DNA of 59,968 bases, the filler included, from Dimargaris cristalligena (Eukaryota): the NCBI GenBank assembly GCA_003614675.1. It is 11 parts of 11 records of this genome, joined end to end, with 100 filler letters (N's around TTAATTAATTAA, not from the genome) between each part and the next. Parts side by side here need not be neighbours in the genome. Positions count along the whole stretch, not along the records: positions 1 to 5,408 come from ML003637.1; positions 5,509 to 10,887 come from ML003638.1; 9 more parts are not named here. One strand, written 5' to 3'. Made by a program: the position numbers and the translations under genes. Positions 1 through 10,042 of this stretch are shown here, in pieces. A model generated the notes under the pieces. The model searched no databases and was not told where the DNA came from. It saw nothing but the letters and a program-made list of their open reading frames with translations. The first letter of the stretch is position 1, and every line of letters starts with the position of its first letter.

Positions 1-341
1 TTTTATTCAGGTTGCGATTTGAAGGGGTATTTATACCCCGAAAATATTGGGCAGTAAATATAATAGATGATTCTATCTACGCTGGTTCTGCTATTGTATA
101 CTTCAGATAAAAGGTAAATACGCTGCACTAATGATATATAAAGAGATGGATGAAAACAGAAAGTGATAAACGAAATATAACTATGATATAGAAGGTGATA
201 AATGGATATAGCTATGATATGACATTGCAATTGATAAACTAAGCTAAATATAGTAAAACGGTAGTAATTTGATTAATGGACGTTAGGTACATCATCGGTG
301 ACATCACCAAAGCTTAAGGGTGTTCAGTACCTGTCAAAACA
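1..341 (-). mobile_element. LTR (family A) fragment, 5' LTR or solo LTR, same family as the Ty3/gypsy element at 43767-49102
   Basis: The reverse complement starts TGTTTTGACAGGTACTGAACACCCTTAAGCTTTGGTGA and aligns without gaps to the 3' LTR start at 48909 (TGTTGTGATGGGTACTTAACACCCTTAAGCTTTGGTGA). The reverse complement of 1-119 aligns to 43767-43883, including TATAAATA and AATAAA. No polypurine tract precedes it. Confidence 0.9.
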
Positions 342-353
342 ACACAACAGAGT

Positions 354-425
354 GGCTCGGTGGTTTAGTGGTATAATACTCCCTTAGGGTGGGAGTGGTC
401 CCGGGTTCGATTCCCGGCCGAGCCC
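354..425 (+). tRNA. tRNA-Pro(AGG)
   Basis: 72-nt cloverleaf: acceptor stem GGCTCGG/CCGAGCC, anticodon arm CTCCC-TTAGGGT-GGGAG (AGG at 386-388), T arm CCGGG-TTCGATT-CCCGG, T-runs downstream. Confidence 0.97.
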
Positions 426-1070
426 TTTATTTATGGCTTTTTTTATAGTTTGGATTAAGTTCGGCCCACTTGTATAATGTTTCAAGTATTGAACTGGGTG
501 ACATATTTTCGGACAGCAGCGTCAGACTCGCTCATCGGAATCATCCTTCTACAACAGGGGCAGATTCTCCTATTACATTCGTCTAGTAGTGTGAAATTGT
601 ATCTTTATATTAAATACAAAGGACTAATACGTGTGCCTTTTATGTATTTTATACAGTCGGTAACTGGCACTTGTCTCTACAGGAGTATCCCTCAAGACTA
701 TTGTAAAATATTTCAATGAGGGTAGTCCATTTCTCCCAATATACTTACTTTAGAATTAATTTTGTCCTAAAATCGATCCCATGATGGGTGCCACAACTTC
801 ATTTTAGTAAACATATGTTTTCTGCCTATGCTCGCATCCACCAGCAATACGAGCTCATTTTTATTGAGTGGGCTTGTTTACTCCAGGACTTTCAATAATT
901 AAATGGTAAATAAAGACCAATGCTGTGATTGAATCAAGGCAACGAATGTTCGAATGTCGGCCTGTAGACTTTATTATAGGATTAGTTAACTTACCTGCTC
1001 TGCTCCGCTATCACTGCTTTTCTTGCTAAAGTATACCCGCTCGGTGGATAGTTTATTTCCCCTTAAAGCA

Positions 1071-4000
1071 ATGTCGTCCACATGCCCTTCCCCCTCTGTA
1101 CCCCCACCCGATGCACCTACATTGGAACCCACCCCACTTCCGACCGATAGCTGCTCCCGCTACTCCCTTCGCAAACGGAAAGCCATTGCCCTCTACCCCT
1201 ACACTCTATTTTCCTGGGTCCAGCCCGATACTCTCCCGGTGGGCCGAAATAAAACCGTCGATTTGTCGGTTTTAGCGGACGGAACAGCTATACCCAAAAC
1301 CTCCGCCGCCAACAATCACTGCTCTTTGCGAAATGCCACCGGTATTCTCTCAGACAGACCCCCACTCGACCGGAGCAGTCAGAATTCCCCCGATTTCTCA
1401 AGGCGGAAGCGACAGCGAACTACGCATGTCCGTCCTACTTCCGATGGCCTTCAAGTCCGACCTCATATAGTCCGAACTCATAAGCGGTGGCGTCAGCTAT
1501 TACAAACTCGCCCCTGGGAAGCCACGGCCTGGCGTTCGGTCAATCGGCGACTTATCCCTTTAGGCTATCGTTTGTCGGGTCTGCTTAGTTCAAGCCGCCG
1601 CCGTCCTCGAACCGGTACCTGTTTACGTTTACTACCCAAGGCCCAGGCCCTGCCAAAGTCCCAACGGACCGCTACCGCATCAACCCAACCCGCCTCCGGA
1701 ACCCGGCATTCCCAAGGACGCGCCCAACGCCCCGGCCGCCGGCATATTAACAATACCCTCCTATTCGGGGATTCCGATGACGACGACCCCACCTTCTCTC
1801 CCACCGATTTATCCCCCTTACCCAGTCAGTGGGACGGGGTGGACTCTTCAGGCACACCAGTAGACCAACAATGGCCGACTGACCATCCGAGCACAGACCG
1901 ACGGCATCGGAAGTTACCCCAGGTAATCACTAAGCGACATTTGGCCGGAAAATTACCGGCCTCATTTCTGCGGCTGATTCATAATAGCTCCCAATCCGAC
2001 CGATCCTCTGGCTCTCATTTCAACCGCCACCCACGGCATCGACAATCCACTACCACGGTCCCTTTTGCTAATCCCGGGCCCGCACTACCTCATGTAGGCC
2101 GTACTCGGATGCAGCCCCGTGACCACGCCGCCGCTTTACGAAATCTAGCCGCCATGGTCGATAGCGATAGTGATCTATCAGTGATTACCCTTTCCGATAC
2201 CGAGCCCGATCCATTTCGCTTGTCCGAACAGTCTGGCTTTGGTGACCGTCGGGAAAGGTCGCCCAGCCGGCGAACCCGCCCTTCAGTTGTTGATGATATT
2301 TTCGCCTTTGTTTTGAGTGACCCGGAAACCCAATCACTATCTGACTCAACCAACCATCCCACTACCTTTATCCAACCTACCACTTCTGGGCAACGGCGCC
2401 GGAGGAAGCAACGGCAATCTAAGCTAGACCAGCAGGTCGCCCGGGAATGGAAATCATTGTTGAATGACAGTGACTCTGGGCCCGGATCTGACCTCGATCC
2501 GGAGGTTTCGTACATAGGTCAGGGCCCCACGCCACGATACAAGCAACTAGCACTAAATGGTAAACGATCAACTAAACCAGAGCGGCCGCGCCCTCGCCAG
2601 ACTAGACCTGATCAACGCCCTTTTCGCCACCATCGTGGAGGTAGGGTACAGGCCCAATCCCGTATTCCCTGGGCTGACACCCCCTCCGACATAGACCCAG
2701 GTCTGGCTATGCCCTACCGGCCTCGCAGACCTCCTGTCGTCAGGGAATTTGAATTTTTGGACTCCCAGTTCCGAAATTTTGAGGCACCCGAGACCCCTGG
2801 TGTGAGCTCTATCCACCCGATCCGGCGGTTGGCTAAACAAAGCCGACTGCCGAGTTCAAAGCCTGTGGGATCGGGCAGCGAATCCGATGGCTCTGACCAA
2901 CCCCGACACCCCAACCGGGTATCTAACCGCGGCCTAACCTTGGTGAGTAGCCAACGACGGGCCCAGCCCAGGACAAATGTTAACCATCCGAAGACGCCAA
3001 GAAATCGCCCAGGACAAAGCAGAAATGACCGACTCTCCCAAAAGTCAAGCGACAGCTGGGGCCGAACCAAGAATACGAAAGCGAAACGCACTAATCGACC
3101 GGTGCCACGTTCGGCCCGGCCCACTCGACCACCTAAGCTGTCTGCTCCACCGGCAAATAAACCCATTCTCAGTTTTTTAGACTACTGTGCACGCGAATAT
3201 GGCATACCCACCAATACGGTAATGCCCTCACAACTAAGCCAGGCACTTTCCAGCCCCCCACTACCGGCCCGGCCCACTCGGACTGGATCGCACGTAGCAG
3301 CCGGGTCAAACAAGGGTAACCCCGCGTCCGATGGTTCGTTAAGGACCCGCATGCCCGATTGTATCCGTGTGGCGCACCGTACTTTACGGAAACGGGCGGC
3401 CCGGGGATTGTCCGTTATTGACAGGCCGTGGTCCAAAATTATCCAACCCGTGCCTCTGCATAACCCGAATCCATCCCAATCCTCCCATGAACAGGCTCGA
3501 CCAGTTCCATCCAAACGAAGTCGGCGGAATTTATTTAACCCCCCACCGTCCACACCACCTATGTGCAGACTGCCGGACGCAATGAATCATACCACTGGGA
3601 CTGCTATTGTGGAAAATATTAATACTGGTCTAGTTTCACATGATGTACCTTTCTCCCCTACTCCCTCTCAACCTATTTCACCCAGCTGGCAGTTGGGTCG
3701 GTCCCATGCGGCGGGTGATGCCACCCAACTTTGTACACCCCTTTTTCATTGGCAGACAGATGCCACCGACTTTGCCGCACCAATTCTTACACAGTGGATT
3801 AATGATATACGATCATCGGCGAGACAATCAACTCATGTATCCTCCATCGCACCGAATCTCGACTCAGGTCTCGGAATTTCTCATGAACCGTGGGTGGAAT
3901 TACCCCCAGACCATGAGGAATTTAACCTTAATGCTACTGAGCCATATTCCCCTTCAGCCTTCCCCAGCGACCGGGCCAGTAGCCCACCGCCGCCTCCTGA

Positions 4001-5408
4001 ACCGTCTCTTCCAACCCCGATTGTATTTCCCGACTATAGCCACTGGTTCCACCATGACCTTGTCACCCAATTACCACCTGGAATCGGCTTTTCAGGAAAG
4101 GGGTATGCCGGCCAGGGTCGCCTTCTCCAAATTGTCGAGTTGATCCAAAATTGGTCCCAAGCACCCAGCGTCACGAGTGTTGCCGATGGTGCGGTACCCT
4201 CAGCATTGCCGCCCACCGAACACCGCCTCATCTTCGACCAATCGGTTCCATTATGGGGGACACTGCCTACCTGGACCGCTAATTTCAAGGCCCTCCTTCT
4301 CCAATTCAATTTCAGGAGGTTTAAATTGGTACACGCCGACGGTGCGGCTGGCCCTGGTCTTCCTACCTTCCCCCACGGTGCAATCCCAGCTGACGTCCAA
4401 TTACTTCAGCCCATCGGCCCTGCTGAGGTTCGACAGTCCCTACGCGACATTATGGTCTTTCACGAATTTACGGCTGACTTCATTGACCAATGCCTCCCCC
4501 ACTATTCCCTCAGCGAACTAGAACAGGTTGCCCAGAATCTATTTAATGACATCGACTACTTAAGTTCCGACTTTTTATTCGTTCTGGCTAAACGCCAAAC
4601 CGGCAACTTGGTTGATGAAGTATCCATCCTAAAGGCGATCACCAGCCAGCGTACTCGAATAACCGACCTTGGCAACAGCTGGCGGGCAACCAGTAAGACA
4701 CCATCGGTTCAACTGGCTTTTCGCGGGCTTTGGGCCTATGTGGACTGGCTGGTCCGGCTACGATCCCTTCTCCAAAGTCGACTAGCGCCCACTGAGGGCG
4801 GGCCTCTCGCACCGTCGCATTCGCTAGTCATCCAGTGTCAAGTTCGCATTGCAGCCCTGGTGTGGTGCATTCTGATTTGGCTCATCCGACTAAACCTAAG
4901 TCCCTGGCCCTATAATACCAGCGAGCCCGATCGCGCGTTCTGTTTTAACCAAATGATTGCGACGTGGACAGCCGATTTATGGCACCAGATTCTGACCACT
5001 CTTAACTCGGGGCTATTGCCCCTCACCTACCCAGCGACCCTGGTTCCCCACATTTGGAAGGCCAGTACCCGTTGGAGTGACGTGATTCAACTTGTCCAGA
5101 CCGAGTGGCTAGTATCCAATATATCCTCGAAGTCTACAACTATCTTAGCGACCGAGGATAGTGATCGCCAAATTCCAGTCTGGACTATAGTGGGTGATGT
5201 AATTCAGGCCCCCTTGTCCTTAGCCAACGAGGATAATGGACTTTTAAAGCGCGCCATATCCAATGGGCCCCCACTTGAAGCGACTGCATCAACCGAACAT
5301 CCTTCAACGACGGTAGCCTGTACTTTACGTTGGTTGGTTTTCCAGATGGAGAAAAGTTGGGCGCTATTGTATTCGCTAAACCCCTGGCTTCATGTCGACC
5401 AGCGGGGC
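1071..5408 (+). CDS. Mms22/Mus7-like DNA repair protein, 3'-truncated by contig end
   Basis: ORF of more than 1440 aa from ATG 1071, open to the contig edge. A long disordered N-terminus contains short motifs resembling fungal Mus7/Mms22 (RYSLRKRKAIALYPYTL, HLAGKLPASFLRL, PDCIRVAHRTLRKR, LPPGIGFSGKGYAGQGRL), followed by a helical domain. Assignment by motif recall only. Confidence 0.6.
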
Positions 5409-5508
5409 NNNNNNNNNNNNNNNNNNNNNNNNNNNNNNNNNNNNNNNNNNNNTTAATTAATTAANNNNNNNNNNNNNNNNNNNNNNNNNNNNNNNNNNNN
5501 NNNNNNNN
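5409..5508. other. Artificial contig-joining spacer (first of ten)
   Basis: N44-TTAATTAATTAA-N44, with stops in all six frames. Identical spacers at 10888-10987, 16363-16462, 21838-21937, 27312-27411, 32779-32878, 38229-38328, 43667-43766, 49103-49202 and 54538-54637. Confidence 0.99.
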
Positions 5509-6655
5509 TCGCCGTTGTCCGTTACCCTGATCCCGGGATTGGATGATTCCAGGGACTCTGCGGAAGGCTACCGAGTGACCTGGTGGACCCCTCTCTTTGA
5601 TGATGAACTGGGGATGTCTCGTCCTTACCAGCGCTCCACCACCTTCCACGACAGTCCCAACGGTAGTGCATTGAGCCAGGCTCAGCAGTTCGTTAAGCAA
5701 GTCCAGGCCTCCCTGTTGACTATTTGGGAGGTACCAGCCCAGGTTTTCTACGAACTTTCCTGCCTGATCCCGTCTTTCCTGGAACAATTCCGCCTATATC
5801 GCCCGGGTTCCGGGGTCAATTTCTCTACGGAATCGGAAATGTCCTTCTGTTCCATGTTGAAGGCATTGATTCCTCTGGAGTGCTCCCAGCCCCACGATGA
5901 GTCCCTGATTAATCTCAATTGGTTGACCGGTTTATGGCTGGGATCGGGTCTAACTGGGTCCGTCCAGTTGGCATTCCCTTCCCCCAATTAGGACTAAGAT
6001 TAATTGCATCGGAAGCCGGCTTTTCATGAAGGTCGCCGAATTCGATACGTACCCCTCCGGCCAAAGCCATCTGGAAATTCGAGATATCCGCTTGGATGAT
6101 ACTGTCGATCGGAAGCCCGTATTGCACTCGATTTTGAACCACCTGGGGATCTTGCATACCCGCTACATCAGCGATGCCGTTTTGGCATGCCTGGTTAACC
6201 AATCCGCCCAGCATCGACTGGCTTTACTGGCCGGTCTGGTGGATGCCCACGGGGTTCGATTTACCGATGCCCATGGTTGGGAATCTATCCGCCTTTACCA
6301 AACGGCGGATAATGAAAGCATTCCCCGTTTCACCCAGCACCTTGCTCGATCCCTAGGAATGACCGCCGACGCCCGCCTGGTTTCCGTGGAAGGTCGCTTC
6401 AGTGCTAGCCTCAACCGGAAGCTTCCCGCCGGCGCACTCGTGTACAAGGTCACCCTGCGGTCACACCCATTCCTCCGTCTGCTAGACTGCGCCCACACCG
6501 ACCGGGTCCCCCGAGTGACCCGCCCCACCGTGCCCGCGACTAATCAATTCAAATTTACCATTGTACCCGTTCCCAATGGGGGTGAATACTTTGGGTTTGA
6601 AGTGGAAGGACCCACCCCTCGCTTCCTGCTCCGTGATTTTACGGTGGCCCACAAT
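5509..6655 (+). mobile_element. Prp8 intein 1 (N-terminus off contig) with degenerate LAGLIDADG endonuclease
   Basis: Ends [24 protein letters not shown] (blocks F/G, His-Asn, +1 Cys at 6656). LAGLIDADG-like helices are [10 protein letters not shown] (frame of ORF 5515) and [10 protein letters not shown] (frame of ORF 6026). Confidence 0.93.
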
Positions 6656-9600
6656 TGCCAAGTCTTTGACCAGGAACTGGAAGCTCTCCAAATCCAGTCT
6701 GTGTCTAAGGAACAGATTCACCCTCGCAAGAGTTATAAGATGAATAGCTCCTGTTTCGCCGAGGGTACCCGTCTGTTGATGGCCAATGGCACCCACCGTG
6801 CGGTTGAAAGCCTCCGATCGGGCGATCTTCTGATGGGTGATGACGGAAGGGCCCGTCGCATCGAAGCCACATGGTGGGGTCGCAGCGATACCCTGTACCG
6901 GGTCGATCAGAACCAGGCCGCCAGCTTTACCGTTACGGACGAGCATATCCTGGTTCTCGTCGCCCAGGGACTGCGCCCGAAGATTAATGTGTCGGGTTCG
7001 CCTAACCGGCCTGCAGTGACCGTTCAGTTCATTGATCGGGCCCTCCGCACCCACAAGCGAATCTTTGAAGGCAAGGCACTGACCCGTGTAGCCTCCGAAG
7101 CACTCGACTGGCTCCGCACTCTGCCATCAGAAAAGCTGGTGCGTGACGGTGATATTGTGGAAATGACTGTTAAGGACTACCGTTGTCTTCCTGCTGCTAT
7201 CCAGGCCGGGCTAATGGGCTACCGGACCGACGTTCAGACCAAGCCCCAGTCCTTATTGGATCCCTACTTCTTAGGCCTCTGGTTGGGTGGCCCCCTCCGC
7301 CATCGGGCCGGTGTACTGACTACTCGCCCCGACGTGGCCGAGCCAGTCCGCCGGTACGCCGCTACCCTGGGTCTGACTTACCGTAGTAAGTCATACCGCC
7401 TCTTTGATCAGGTACTCCAAGTGATCGAACTGATACCCACCAACCCCAGCACCGCTTTATTTGTTGATGAGGCCCTGGCCCATTACGATCTATTGGGCAA
7501 TCCCGACCCGCGCCTACCCGCGGTGTACTTTGGAGGTTCCTCGGCCGACCGCCAGGCGTTGCTCCGTGGCTTCAGCGATTCGGCTTCGGTATACCTGGCC
7601 GACTGCGGATCCACCTATACCCAGTACCTGACTCCTCTGCTGCTGGCTGATCTAGCCGCCGTTTATCGCAGTCTGGACCTGGAGGACCGCCGTAACTGTC
7701 TCAGTCCCGCCTTGAACCATCTGTTAGCCAAAATACCCGTTCCTAGCACACTTGGGGTCGTTGCCGGGCGATCGTCCAAGGACGCCCCGACCACTAACTT
7801 GACCAGCCTGCAGATTACCCCCGTGCATAACGCGGGACAGGTTTACATTGGCTTGCGAACCGACGCTAACCAGCGCTTCCAGCTGTGGGACCACAGTGTG
7901 GTACACAATTGTGCCGATATTCTCCTCAACGCGGCCTACAAGTGGAGTACGTCCCGACCCAGCCTGCTTACCGATAGTAAGGACGTGATGGACGGCACCA
8001 CCACCCAGAAAATGTGGGTGGATGTGCAGCTGCGATGGGGTGACTTCGATTCCCACGATATCGAACGGTACACCCGCGCCAAGTTCCTGGATTACAGCAC
8101 CGATAGCATGAGTATTTACCCGTCCCCTACGGGTATTATGGTTGGCCTCGACTTGGCTTACAACCAGCACTCAGCCTATGGCCATTGGCCCCCTGGCTTT
8201 AAGCCCTTGATGTCTCAGGCCATGAATAAGATCATGAAGGCCAACCCGGCCCTGTTCGTATTACGCGAGCGCATTCGCAAGGGTCTGCAGCTGTACTCCA
8301 GTGAACCGACCGAGCCCTACCTATCCAGCCAGACCATCACCGAAATCTTCAGTAACCAGATCATTTGGTTCATTGACGACACCAACGTGTACCGAGTCAC
8401 CACCCACCGAACCTTCGAGGGGAATATCACCACCAAGCCCATTAACGGCGTGGTGCTTATCTTTAACCCCCGCACGGGCCAGGCTTTCCTCAAGGTGATT
8501 CATGCCTCCGTGTTCGCTGGTCAGAAGCGTCTAGGTCAACTAGCCAAGTGGAAGACTGCCGAGGAGGTGGTGGCCCTGATCCGTTCCCTACCCGTAGAAG
8601 AACAGCCCCGTCAACTGATTGTGACCCGTAAGGGTATGTTGGACCCCCTGGAGATTCACTGTCTGGATTTCCCTAATGTGGTGATTCGCGGTAGCGAACT
8701 CCAACTACCCTTCCAAGCCTGTCTCCAGGTTGAGAAGTTCGGTGATATGATCCTTAAGGCGACTGAACCCAAGATGTGCCTGTACAACCTGTATGATGAC
8801 TGGGTCAAGACCATCTCCCCCTACACGGCCTTTTCCCGCTTGATTCTAATTCTCCGCGGCCTGCACGTCAACACAGAGCGGGCTAAGATGATTCTGCGGC
8901 CGGACCGTAACACTCTGACCAAAGAGTATCACGTCTGGCCCACCTTTACCGATGAAGAATGGATCAAGGTTGAAGTGGCCCTCAAGGACCTAATTCTCAA
9001 CGACTATGGCAAAAAGAACAACGTGTCCACGGCCTCCCTCACCCAGTCCGAAATCCGGGACATTATCCTGGGTATGCAGATCAGTGCCCCTTCGCTGCAA
9101 CGCCAGCAGATTGCCGAAATTGAGAAGCAGGCCAAGGAACAGTCGCAGCTCACGGCGGTGACCACCAAGTCCCGGAACGTGCACGGAGATGAGATCATCG
9201 TTACCACGACCAGTAACTACGAAACCCAGACCTTTTCATCCAAGACTGACTGGCGGGTGCGTGCGATTTCCGCCAACAATTTGCATCTGCGTATCAACAA
9301 CCTGTTTGTGTCCGCGGATGACATTGGCCAGTCCGGCTTTACCTACGTGCTGCCGAAGAACATCCTGCGCCGCTTTATCATGTCGGCCGATCTGCGCACT
9401 CAGATCGCGGGTTACTTGTATGGTGTTACCCCCGCTGGCCGCTCCGACGTTAAGGAAATCCACTGTATCGCACTGGTTCCCCAGTGGGGTACCCACCGCG
9501 AAGTCCACCTCCCGCACGACCTGCCCCACCATCCACTGATCAAGGATATGGAGCCTCTGGGTTGGATCCATACGCAACCCAACGAAACAGCCCAACTCAG

Positions 9601-10042
9601 CCCCCAGGACGTCACTATGCACGCCAAGACCATGGCAGAACACAAGTCGTGGGACGGCGAGGCCACCACCATCATCACCTGTTCGTTTACCCCCGGCAGT
9701 TGTTCCCTGGCCGCTTACAAACTCACTCCCCAGGGCTACGAGTGGGGCGCGCAGAACCGGGACACGGTCTCTGCCCAACCCGCTGGTTACTCGCTCGGCC
9801 ACTTTGAGAAGGTCCAGATGCTTTTGTCCGATAAATACCAGGGCTTCTTCTTGGTGCCTAGTGACGGAGTATGGAATTACAACTTCATGGGCCCCAACCA
9901 TCGGGCGGATATGAAGTACGAAGTGGAATTGGATATTCCCCACGAGTTCTACCATGAGGTTCATCGACCCAACCACTTCCTTAACTTTACAGCCATGGAA
10001 CGGGCTACTATTGAGTCAGAACGTGAAGACCCCCTCAGCTAA
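5509..10042 (+). CDS. PRP8: Pre-mRNA splicing factor Prp8, 3' half (5'-truncated), interrupted by two inteins
   Basis: Exteins 6656-6751 ([32 protein letters not shown]) and 7910-10042 (CADILL...[15 protein letters not shown]...[21 protein letters not shown]...WIHTQPNE...[14 protein letters not shown]) join into contiguous, highly conserved Prp8 covering the endonuclease-like, RNase H-like and Jab1/MPN regions. There is a frame break near 5954-5991 inside intein 1. Confidence 0.98.
6752..7909 (+). mobile_element. Prp8 intein 2, complete, 386 aa, with degenerate LAGLIDADG endonuclease
   Basis: Block [14 protein letters not shown], block [12 protein letters not shown] (TxxH), block [11 protein letters not shown], block [11 protein letters not shown], blocks [25 protein letters not shown]. 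Removing it restores KMNSS-CADILL. Confidence 0.97.

Noticed and set aside
343-349. CACAACA as an alternative LTR end 4 bp from the tRNA
   Set aside because: The ungapped alignment with the 3' LTR at 48909 places the terminus at 341.
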